IMG/VR virus record: IMGVR_UViG_3300027782_000043
Length of the DNA: 64,000 nucleotides
Origin: an uncultured virus (IMG/VR IMGVR_UViG_3300027782_000043)
Lineage: Duplodnaviria; Heunggongvirae; Uroviricota; Caudoviricetes
Strand: one strand, 5' to 3'
Below, piece by piece: positions 47,759 through 56,639 of the stretch (position 1 is its first letter; each line of letters starts with the position of its first letter). Below the pieces are notes generated by a model. That model saw only the letters and a program-made list of their open reading frames with translations, made no database searches and was not told the origin of the DNA. The position numbers and the translations under genes are program-made.

Positions 47759-48658
47759 TTAATCCCTAATTTTTACAAAAAAATCTTCAATGTTTCCTTT
47801 TAAGTCACAAACATCTTGATCCATAGGTAATCTAACAATTTTTATTCTATCATATAGTTCACCCCCATTTAACTCTCGATATAATTTAACCGCATTATTA
47901 AAAGCGTCACCATCAAGGGATATAATTATATCTCTTTTAGCGTTATTATATATTTTTTCAAATAAAAGTTCTGACATATGTTTACCTAACATTGGAATTG
48001 AGTTGTCCAAGAAAAACCCATCAAAAACCCCTTCGACTAAGTAAATGTCTTTTTCCCAATCTATTAATCTTTCGTTAAATATAATCTTATCTTTTTCTTC
48101 CTCAGGGTTTTTATATTTAAATTTACTTTTTGTGTCCCAACTGCGAGCGACATAGTAATTTAATTCCCCATTAATATTATATGATGGGACCACAATACGT
48201 CCTATATGACTACCACGATCACAAAAACCAATATTATATTTGGCAATGATCTCATCCGTTATTCCCCTACTTTTTAAATAATTATACGCTTGTCTTCTTA
48301 CTGGGTATACCGGACTTGACTCGGTAAATAACGTGAATCCTTCAGGAAGTGTTAATTTTTTTGTTCGTTTTTGTCTTGGTTGTACCGTCTCAGGTTTTAA
48401 AATATTATATAATTTCTTTAATTTTTTGTTTCCGTACTTATCAAAAAGTTTTCCCAAAGATCCGTGAGTTCCATTAGTGTCCCCACAAGACCAACATTTG
48501 TAGACATTATTTATATAGTTAATTTCTAAATTGTGTTTATTTTTATCGTCATCACAAACCGGACAATTAAATGAAATTTGACCACGATTATGGTAATGTA
48601 ATCCGTGATCCCCTAAAAGTCCCTCTAATAATTCAACAATTGCATCACTTTCTTCCAT
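47759..48658 (-). CDS. DNA primase (DnaG-like)
   Basis: CPVC/CWSC zinc finger, YLKSRGI, LVEGVFD and LDGDA TOPRIM motifs; start taken at MEESD. Confidence 0.9.
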   Translation of the reverse strand: MEESDAIVELLEGLLGDHGLHYHNRGQISFNCPVCDDDKNKHNLEINYINNVYKCWSCGDTNGTHGSLGKLFDKYGNKKLKKLYNILKPETVQPRQKRTKKLTLPEGFTLFTESSPVYPVRRQAYNYLKSRGITDEIIAKYNIGFCDRGSHIGRIVVPSYNINGELNYYVARSWDTKSKFKYKNPEEEKDKIIFNERLIDWEKDIYLVEGVFDGFFLDNSIPMLGKHMSELLFEKIYNNAKRDIIISLDGDAFNNAVKLYRELNGGELYDRIKIVRLPMDQDVCDLKGNIEDFFVKIRD

Positions 48659-48733
48659 TGTTATAAAAATATAAACAAAATAAAAGAACATATCAACTAC
48701 ACAAGTTTTTAATAAGTTCTATATTTATAAGAT

Positions 48734-48955
48734 ATGCCAACAAATATAACAATTAATAACGTTACGGGAGCACAACCATTTGATATTTATGTTTGTGATT
48801 CACCAATTACTACTTGTATTTATGTCGCAACCATTAATACGGTTGACATTCCATATAGTTTTGATATTCCTTTAGTTTATTCTAGTTTAACCGAATTTAT
48901 TGTTAAGGTGGTTGATAATAATGATTGTGTCGTTACAGATACGTTAAATATATAA
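48734..48955 (+). CDS. Small beta-rich Cys protein, probable structural accessory
   Basis: TATTTATA at 48722; single Ig/SprB-like unit (PFDIYVC..VKVVDNNDC). Confidence 0.65.
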   Translation: MPTNITINNVTGAQPFDIYVCDSPITTCIYVATINTVDIPYSFDIPLVYSSLTEFIVKVVDNNDCVVTDTLNI

Positions 48956-48956
48956 T

Positions 48957-50222
48957 ATGAGTTGTAGTATAGATATTTGTATAAGTAATACGGGGATATA
49001 CGATGATACGTATACAATAGATGGTTTATATAATAGTTTAGATTATTATACGGGAGCCACTAATGGTTATTACATTTTTTATTCAACAACAGAAAGTAGA
49101 TGGTGTTTAGCTGCAAACTTGGGAGATCCTTGTATTTTATTTGGTCCAACAAATTCCGTTAATCCATGTCCTGATTTTTATTCTGGAATTCTTGTTGACG
49201 GTTTATGCCCAACCCCAACTCCAACCCCAACCCTAGCTTGTGATATTGATTTTGATGCACTATTTGATTGTGACGTATTTGTAACTCCTACCCCAACACC
49301 AACCTCAACACCAACCTCAACTTTAACTCCGACACCAACACCAACTAATGTTTGTGGGGGAGTATCTTTAGATGTTACCGCAAACACATATTCTCCAACA
49401 CCAACTCCAACACCAACATTAACCCCCACACCTTCATCACCAATTGATAGACCATGTAATTTTGATGGTATTGCCAAATTTAATAGTGTTGATGGGTTTA
49501 TTGTATGTGCAACTAGTAAGAAATTTGAGGATTGTTTTACAGGTATAGAATACTATACAACACAAACATTATTTGATTCTTTTGGTAATTTATTAGTTGT
49601 TGGTGACGTTTATGGTGGAACAATAAACGGAATATCTTCATGTTTTATTTTTCAAACAATTGTAGATAACATAAGTGGTGGAGACAAAGTTGTTATTACT
49701 ACAGAATATGGTCCTTCTAGTGAAGGTAGTTGTTTAAATTGTTTCCCAATTAGTAATACTCCCACATTAACACCTACTATAACACCAACCCCGACAACAC
49801 CTTGTTTATGTTTGTCATATAGAATTTCAAACTTTAGTGTTTTAACCACAACAATTAGTTTTTTAGATTGTGATGGTAAAAACATTATGTTAAGACCTGG
49901 ATCTATGCGTTGGAATAATTGGTTAAATCATGAGGTAATTATTTGTTCTAAAACTATACCTACAATTGGTGTTGGGTCTGCAACTATTATAAATATTGGT
50001 GATTGTTGTAATGGTATTTGTGTACAATACTTATTAAGTAATCTTTCAACATCACCCGAAACTTATGTTTATACAAATTTATTAGGTGTTATTATATCTC
50101 AAACATTAAATGTGTCTCAAAGTATTATAGTTAATTCATTTTCAACACCATATTCTTTGAGTGGATCAATATCTGTAACAAATACAGGAATTGATTGTTT
50201 TCCAACACCAACACCAAATTAA
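48957..50222 (+). CDS. Cys-rich, (Thr-Pro)n repeat protein, putative tail/fibre component
   Basis: Multiple PTPTPT tracts between Cys-rich domains. Confidence 0.75.
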   Translation: MSCSIDICISNTGIYDDTYTIDGLYNSLDYYTGATNGYYIFYSTTESRWCLAANLGDPCILFGPTNSVNPCPDFYSGILVDGLCPTPTPTPTLACDIDFDALFDCDVFVTPTPTPTSTPTSTLTPTPTPTNVCGGVSLDVTANTYSPTPTPTPTLTPTPSSPIDRPCNFDGIAKFNSVDGFIVCATSKKFEDCFTGIEYYTTQTLFDSFGNLLVVGDVYGGTINGISSCFIFQTIVDNISGGDKVVITTEYGPSSEGSCLNCFPISNTPTLTPTITPTPTTPCLCLSYRISNFSVLTTTISFLDCDGKNIMLRPGSMRWNNWLNHEVIICSKTIPTIGVGSATIINIGDCCNGICVQYLLSNLSTSPETYVYTNLLGVIISQTLNVSQSIIVNSFSTPYSLSGSISVTNTGIDCFPTPTPN

Positions 50223-50237
50223 AAATATAAAACAAAA

Positions 50238-50289
50238 AAATATCGTCTAAAAAGACGATATTTCAAATTATCGTTAAATTAAACGATAT
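50238..50289. terminator. Bidirectional double-hairpin terminator
   Basis: AAATATCGTCT-AAA-AGACGATATTT followed by a related TATCGTT..AACGATA stem, between convergent genes. Confidence 0.7.
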
Positions 50290-50897
50290 TAATCCCAAAT
50301 TTTTTTACTTTTCATATAGCCTAAAACACACGCATAAGCATCTGTTTGGTCAAAATTTTCTTTCTTTAAAGTATTGTTTTTAGTGTAATGCCATTGTATT
50401 TGGGGTTCTTTTTTTGCAACTAAATCCCAAATAATCATTTTTTTGTCTATATCTTTAGGAAGTCCTCCAAATAAAACATGTTTTTTTTTATCGTTTTCTT
50501 TTACTAATTCAGGAAACGCAAATTTTCTTGAGTTATATGTAGATATGAATTCAGGAACAATACCTATCATATCATAAATTGTTTTACATATTAATGTATT
50601 AAATCTTAGTAAAGTTTGAATAGTATAAACATTGTTTGAGTTTAATAATGGTTCTTCAATTATAACACTAACAATCCCTAAATTTTTATATCCTTCCAAT
50701 TTAGTTTTAAATACTTCAGATTTTAATATTAATTCTAACATTTTATTTTCTTCCGTATCTTTATTTTTTGGTCTCGGGGATACATGAGTTAATTCTAGTA
50801 ATTCTTGTGATTTAATATCAAAAAGTGCCCAACCTATTGTTTTAGTGGAAATGTCTAACCCTAAGACTTTAGGTGAATTTTTAATTGATGTTCGCAT
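50289..50897 (-). CDS. RuvC-like Holliday junction resolvase
   Basis: VLGLDISTKTIGWA, IIEEP, FDQTDAYA. Confidence 0.8.
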   Translation of the reverse strand: MRTSIKNSPKVLGLDISTKTIGWALFDIKSQELLELTHVSPRPKNKDTEENKMLELILKSEVFKTKLEGYKNLGIVSVIIEEPLLNSNNVYTIQTLLRFNTLICKTIYDMIGIVPEFISTYNSRKFAFPELVKENDKKKHVLFGGLPKDIDKKMIIWDLVAKKEPQIQWHYTKNNTLKKENFDQTDAYACVLGYMKSKKIWD

Positions 50898-50950
50898 AAA
50901 CTTATTTTTAATTATAATATAACTATATCGTTGTAAAACTAAAGTTTTTG

Positions 50951-53485
50951 TTATAAATCAAACTTAACTAAGAATTGTTGAATTCCTTGTCTTAAAACAG
51001 GAGATTGTAACTTTGAGACAACTAATACGTCTTTTTTATCATCTAACAACGCTATTTCAGTAATATAAGAATTAGTTCCTGATTTCCAAGTTGGATTTGA
51101 TGTTTTTTGAAATTCAGTATAATTTAAATTAATCTTATACATCATTTCATATATTGTTGCTTGTATATCAGTTTCAATACCTCCGTAGAAATAATACTCA
51201 TCTCCAAAATTTAATTTTGGTCCAACATTACCAATAGGGGTTAAATTAATATATTGATTTAAATCATAGAATGGTGCCGAATTATATAACGATTCAGTAA
51301 CAATAAATGTAGTTCCTGTTAATGCATCTTCAGTAAGATAACCATTAATTGTTTGTCCACTTATAGTATTAGTAAAATCAATTAATTTCCATTTTGAAGA
51401 ATCTGGTCTTGTCCCTGTAGGTACTTTTTGTGCCAATACTTCAAATTTAGTACCATAAAATCCATTTGGAATATCACATGTAGGACATATTGTTGTAGTT
51501 GTCGTAACAATAGGATTAAGTGTTGTAGTTGTTGTTATAGGTCCAAATGTAGTTGTTGTTGTTGTTGGATTATATCCAGGAACAACCAAACATCCAAATT
51601 CTCCCCCAAATCTTATTGCAACATTTTTAGATGTGTCAGGAAAACAATCATTATTATTACCCACAATTTTAACATAATAATTAGAATGTAATGAATTTGT
51701 AAAACCATAATCATTACTAATTCTATATGTAATATACATAGTTTCATTGTTTCCTGTTAATATACCATTAATTTCTCCCGAGGTAGTATCACAAATATTT
51801 GGAGTTATTAAAGAAACTTGTGGTGCAGGTAATGTCCAATTTCTATTTGATTTATAAGATAACGCAGCAACAATTTCTTCATCATCAATAATAATTGTTT
51901 GACTATCTGGAAATACTTTACCAATTCGACTTGGCAATCCATTATTGTTTGGGTGTGTATCCCATAAGTGATAATATCTTAATCCAGGATTATTCATATC
52001 ATTATTTTGATTTGATTCCATATAATGAACTTCAAATAAGTTTTTATCTTCAAAATCAGGCGGATCAACCCAAAAAGTAGATCCAAAACAACATTGTGGA
52101 TTTTTATGCCACATAATCCATGGTATATATAATTTAAAATTTCTAGCTTGACCTGTTGTATCATTAGGATTAGATGTATCATATGGTTCTAACGCAAATT
52201 TTTCACCATAAAAGAAATCAATCGTTTGGTTTGTATAATGAATAATTGCAATTGTTTTTTGTTCTTCAGGTTCAACTTTAATAACCTCATCAAATGAATT
52301 ATAATAATAAGTGTCAGTAGTTTCAGCACTTAATACTGAATTTACGTAAAATGTCTGTCCTAAGTTTGAATTATACCCAAAATACTCTTTACTACCAATA
52401 TAATTAACAGATCCAAAATAAGTATAATCTTCATGTTGTGTTGGTAATAATCCGGCAGGATTTTCGGTCCAAGGAATATTCATGTTCCAAATTTTAACGT
52501 CAAAATTATCAACATCACATAATGTTTCGTAATTAATAACGTCATCACCCCAATGTGGACTTGGAGTTATACTATCATATAAATCTGTCATACTTTTAGG
52601 GTAAACTAAAGCTCTAAAACAACATTCGTCACTTATTAATCCAAAATCTGGTGTTGTTCTATCTAATGTTACTTTATTTTCACAAATTGCAATAATTCTA
52701 TAAGTTAAAATTGGATAACAACTATATAATGACATCAAACAAACGGGGTCAGGTGGTGCGGGACATTGTCTACTTGGTGTTGGTGTCAAACATTCTGTTT
52801 TTGTAAGGGTGGGTGTTGGGGTTGGACTTTCACAATTAATGTAACCACTACTTACTGATGGTGTTGGAGTAGGTGTGGGTGTGGACCCTTGTGATGCCGT
52901 TGGTGTTGGTGTTGGTAAATTGGTACATGAACAATTTTCACATCCTAAACCATCAAAATAAATAGTAATAAAATCACCAACCTCGTAACCTCCAAATGAA
53001 GATGTGTTACATCCCGAATAAATTAAAGTTATTTCATTAGTACCATTTAATGATAATGGATTTACCAAATAATTAGAAGTTTTAACATAATTATTACTTG
53101 TTAACGCACTCCAATTAATTGTACTTGCGGTTGTGTTACCACTAAAAAACCCCCTTAAAGGAGCTCGATTAAACACAGACTCAACAGTTGAGTCCATGTA
53201 TGGAATTCCGTATGTATTTCCCCCAATATTATCCACATAATATGGGTATTTAACATTTTGTTTATTTGATTGTGGTATTCCGTCACTATTTTGACTTCCA
53301 AACGGTGGAGTTAAGACAAAACTATTAACTTGATTATAACTAACAGAAACTTTATCATAAGAAACTTCACTATCCCCTACCTGAAAATAACTTACATTAA
53401 AATTTCCTTGTGACATCTTTAACCTGCCAGTATCCGTTATTCTGGTGTTAACAAGTCCTGATGTATTTTTTATTATATATGACAT
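50951..53485 (-). CDS. Virion structural protein with TP/T-rich inserts
   Basis: N-terminal RITDTGR..FQVGDSEVSY and C-terminal YITEIALLD..VVSKL..P, typical of tail-associated proteins; TATTTATA upstream. Confidence 0.7.
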   Translation of the reverse strand: MSYIIKNTSGLVNTRITDTGRLKMSQGNFNVSYFQVGDSEVSYDKVSVSYNQVNSFVLTPPFGSQNSDGIPQSNKQNVKYPYYVDNIGGNTYGIPYMDSTVESVFNRAPLRGFFSGNTTASTINWSALTSNNYVKTSNYLVNPLSLNGTNEITLIYSGCNTSSFGGYEVGDFITIYFDGLGCENCSCTNLPTPTPTASQGSTPTPTPTPSVSSGYINCESPTPTPTLTKTECLTPTPSRQCPAPPDPVCLMSLYSCYPILTYRIIAICENKVTLDRTTPDFGLISDECCFRALVYPKSMTDLYDSITPSPHWGDDVINYETLCDVDNFDVKIWNMNIPWTENPAGLLPTQHEDYTYFGSVNYIGSKEYFGYNSNLGQTFYVNSVLSAETTDTYYYNSFDEVIKVEPEEQKTIAIIHYTNQTIDFFYGEKFALEPYDTSNPNDTTGQARNFKLYIPWIMWHKNPQCCFGSTFWVDPPDFEDKNLFEVHYMESNQNNDMNNPGLRYYHLWDTHPNNNGLPSRIGKVFPDSQTIIIDDEEIVAALSYKSNRNWTLPAPQVSLITPNICDTTSGEINGILTGNNETMYITYRISNDYGFTNSLHSNYYVKIVGNNNDCFPDTSKNVAIRFGGEFGCLVVPGYNPTTTTTTFGPITTTTTLNPIVTTTTTICPTCDIPNGFYGTKFEVLAQKVPTGTRPDSSKWKLIDFTNTISGQTINGYLTEDALTGTTFIVTESLYNSAPFYDLNQYINLTPIGNVGPKLNFGDEYYFYGGIETDIQATIYEMMYKINLNYTEFQKTSNPTWKSGTNSYITEIALLDDKKDVLVVSKLQSPVLRQGIQQFLVKFDL

Positions 53486-53508
53486 TTTATGTATAAATAT
53501 TTATTTAT

Positions 53509-55569
53509 TTATTTTTTTATCCCCACACCTAAAGGATTAACTACTCTTACCGTATCGCAATTATTATTTATTTTTACATTATTTAAATAAATGTGGTAGT
53601 ATCTGTTTGCAATAAAACAATTTGGTGTTGGTAAAACGGGAGATATTGTATCAGTATAAGAACCGTTTATAATAGTTCCTGATGTCATAGATAAATTAAT
53701 CCAATTATATTGTCTTGTTGTGGAATATTTAAAAGATGCTTGACAAGGAAATGTTTGTGGAAGTGGTAAGAATGGAGTTATTGATTGATTAGTGGCGGTG
53801 ACGGGTGATCCATTAACATTTAATGTTGCTATGTTGTTATAAGTGGCAGCTGCCGCTGATGGTCCAACGGTAAATGTGTTAGTATGAATTACATCAAAAG
53901 TAATCGTTACACCAATTGGTAATAAAGGAGAAACATTTACATTAAACACATTAGTACCAAATATAGTAGAAGCGTAAGACATAGTAACAATATAGTTTAT
54001 ACTTGAAGTTGGGGGAGGTAAAACAACCGTTTGAGTACTTGTAAATCCTGAAGAATCTCTGACATAAACAATATATGATCCTTGACATAAGTTATTATAT
54101 ATTGTTGTAGGTTGATACGTTGATCCTCCGTTGATTGAATACTCATATGGTGGTGTTCCCCCAAAAGGAGTTAATAATATACTTCCATCACAACCACATT
54201 CGGGTCTATTAACTCTTATTGTTAAGTTGGGAGTACTAAGTTTAGTACATAATCCTAAATTTGCGGTTATTGATAATATTTGATTAGGTAATGATGTTCC
54301 AACCGAATTCCACCCAAATAATGGTGGGGTAGAACTGTTTATATTAATTATTTGTCCCGCCGTCCAACCCGATACTTGCCATTGATTACCATTAAGATTC
54401 CATACAATATCTAAACTATTTATAGTATCCTCCCAAGTTGGGTAATCATCAATGTACCCATTATATTGAAATTCATAATATTCAACATAAGATTGTTGTT
54501 TATTTCCTCTTATAATTGTAAGACAGATATCTTCGTATATCGGTAAAGGATTAAAAGTTGTTGTACTTGTTGTAATTGGTATTTCAACCCCTAAAACACA
54601 AGTGGTATATGCCGTAAAATCCCCGTAATAATCAGTAACGATTGAATCATATTTTCCAACCCCAAGATTACTTAAAGATTGTGAGATAGATCCGTTTTCC
54701 CAAATAACCTCATAAGGAGGAGTCCCCCCTGTTATACCTAAAGTAATTAACCCGTCAAAAGAACTTGATGTTAATGGGTCAACTGTAAAACATTCAACAC
54801 CGAGAGGAAAAATTGTTATAACATCACATTCGTTTTTAGGTTCAATTGGTGGATTTGGTGGTGCAAAAGTTGTTGTTGTTGTAACAATCGGGTTAGTCGT
54901 AGTTGTTATTGTACAAGGGGTACATTTACCATTGTTAATAATTTGTATATCTCCCGATAAAACTTTTACTCCTGTTGAGCTACATATAGAAATACCTGTT
55001 TGGTAAGGCATATTATATGGTGATTTTTTTCCCTCATCACAACATGGGGTAAATTCAATCTTTGTTTTAACGTTTTGTGAGGATTGATTAGTTACAAAAT
55101 AATTAGTACAACAACTATTATCTACAACACAGGTATCACAATTATTGTACTCATTAACATTAAACTGAACTAAAGTAACACTTTCAGATCCAACTATACT
55201 ACAGTCATATGTGGAGGAAAGACCACGTCCAACTAATTCATAACAACCAGATTTATAATTATTAGGATTTGAAGATAGTAAGGCCTCATTAAAATAAATT
55301 ATAACACCATTTAAATAATTTCCAAAAACTGATGTAGGTGGTCCGTCAAAATAAAAAGAATCATCATTACAACAACTTTGAAAACAATATCTTATTGTTC
55401 CTTTTGTAAGTGAGTTAATATATAAGAGTGGGTTTGTAACACTAATATTACCATTAATATAATAAGAAACCCCAGGTGATAAATCAACCACTTTAATAAC
55501 GTTATTGTCGTCAGTAAACGTAAAGTTATTATAAATTACCGAACCACTATTTATTACTTGATAAACCAT
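53509..55569 (-). CDS. SprB-repeat, Cys/Thr-rich putative tail fibre or adhesin
   Basis: GGTPPYEVIW..NLGVGKY..VTD and GGTPPYEYSI..NLCQGSY.VYVRD. Confidence 0.72.
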   Translation of the reverse strand: MVYQVINSGSVIYNNFTFTDDNNVIKVVDLSPGVSYYINGNISVTNPLLYINSLTKGTIRYCFQSCCNDDSFYFDGPPTSVFGNYLNGVIIYFNEALLSSNPNNYKSGCYELVGRGLSSTYDCSIVGSESVTLVQFNVNEYNNCDTCVVDNSCCTNYFVTNQSSQNVKTKIEFTPCCDEGKKSPYNMPYQTGISICSSTGVKVLSGDIQIINNGKCTPCTITTTTNPIVTTTTTFAPPNPPIEPKNECDVITIFPLGVECFTVDPLTSSSFDGLITLGITGGTPPYEVIWENGSISQSLSNLGVGKYDSIVTDYYGDFTAYTTCVLGVEIPITTSTTTFNPLPIYEDICLTIIRGNKQQSYVEYYEFQYNGYIDDYPTWEDTINSLDIVWNLNGNQWQVSGWTAGQIININSSTPPLFGWNSVGTSLPNQILSITANLGLCTKLSTPNLTIRVNRPECGCDGSILLTPFGGTPPYEYSINGGSTYQPTTIYNNLCQGSYIVYVRDSSGFTSTQTVVLPPPTSSINYIVTMSYASTIFGTNVFNVNVSPLLPIGVTITFDVIHTNTFTVGPSAAAATYNNIATLNVNGSPVTATNQSITPFLPLPQTFPCQASFKYSTTRQYNWINLSMTSGTIINGSYTDTISPVLPTPNCFIANRYYHIYLNNVKINNNCDTVRVVNPLGVGIKK

Positions 55570-55597
55570 TTAAGTTATTTCTTTACTATATAAATAA

Positions 55598-56578
55598 TCA
55601 ATTTATTGTTTTTTGAATAAATGATTTCATTACTTCAATATATTTTATTGTTGTACTATTAATTTCAATATAATCAAAGTGGGATGGGTTTTCTTTAAGT
55701 TTTAAAATAGGGTCAATTGTAATATATTCTCCTTTATAAAATTTATTACTTTTTAAATTATCTGTAACTCCAGCCATATGTAAAATAGGTCTTTCTTCAT
55801 ATACTTTTAAATTATCTGTTGCCCAAGAAAAATTAAGATCATCAACAACTTTAGTATCATAATTTAATAACCATAAATTCCACAATAAAGACCACATTTC
55901 TGCCGTCCAAAATTGGATTTCACCAGGACTTATTGGGTGTCTTTTGTGATAACTATGCATTTGTTTATAAAGAGGATAACAATCCAAATATATTTTTTCC
56001 CAAAGACTATATGTCATATTTTTCAATAAATATTGACCCCCACCTGAGTTTTCTTGGTTATCTTTAATTATGTCAACGTTTATTCCAACAATATTTGCCA
56101 TTTCTTTTAATAATTGACCTTTTTCTGATTTTGGGTGTGCTTTTTCATATCTGTTACAACAATCCATTATATAGTTGTATCCGATATAACCAATTGTATC
56201 CGATAAATAAGAAATATCATCATTCATTAATTTATTAAAATCGGGTAATACTCTAAAAATAATATCCGCATCATGTAAGAAAAAAGTTTTACCATATTCA
56301 GGATATTCAAATAACCATCTTGATATTAAATATGGTTTGATACTTGGGATATAATTTTTACTTATTCTATCATCAATGTAAAAATGTACATTAAACCCGT
56401 AATCACATAGTTCTAACGCTCCCTTAGAAGGTTCTGTTTGTCCATTAGTTAATCCAAAAATAACATGAATTTGACAAGGATTGATTCCCTTTTCAATAAA
56501 GTTATGAGTATAAAGTTTTATTTGCCAATGAAAATAAGGAACATCAGGTTGAGCGGACACAAAAATAATATCTTCCAT
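55598..56578 (-). CDS. GT-A glycosyltransferase resembling HPAT/SGT (GT95/GT96-like) protein O-glycosyltransferases
   Basis: YFHWQ, YIPSIKPYLISRWL, FLHDADIIF (DxD), WTAEMW, ILH. Confidence 0.65.
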   Translation of the reverse strand: MEDIIFVSAQPDVPYFHWQIKLYTHNFIEKGINPCQIHVIFGLTNGQTEPSKGALELCDYGFNVHFYIDDRISKNYIPSIKPYLISRWLFEYPEYGKTFFLHDADIIFRVLPDFNKLMNDDISYLSDTIGYIGYNYIMDCCNRYEKAHPKSEKGQLLKEMANIVGINVDIIKDNQENSGGGQYLLKNMTYSLWEKIYLDCYPLYKQMHSYHKRHPISPGEIQFWTAEMWSLLWNLWLLNYDTKVVDDLNFSWATDNLKVYEERPILHMAGVTDNLKSNKFYKGEYITIDPILKLKENPSHFDYIEINSTTIKYIEVMKSFIQKTIN

Positions 56579-56639
56579 ATAACTAAAATATAGTATATGT
56601 GTAATAAGTCAATATTGTTAATTAATATAAAAACTTATA

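Noticed and set aside
49210..49440. CCAACACCAACT-type repeats as a CRISPR array
   Set aside because: Degenerate codon repeats of Pro-Thr inside an ORF; no constant repeat with unique spacers, and no cas genes.
50289..50897. RuvC protein as a TnpB/Cas12-like effector or transposase
   Set aside because: Only 202 aa, no zinc finger or REC region, no IS ends or array; fits a stand-alone resolvase.
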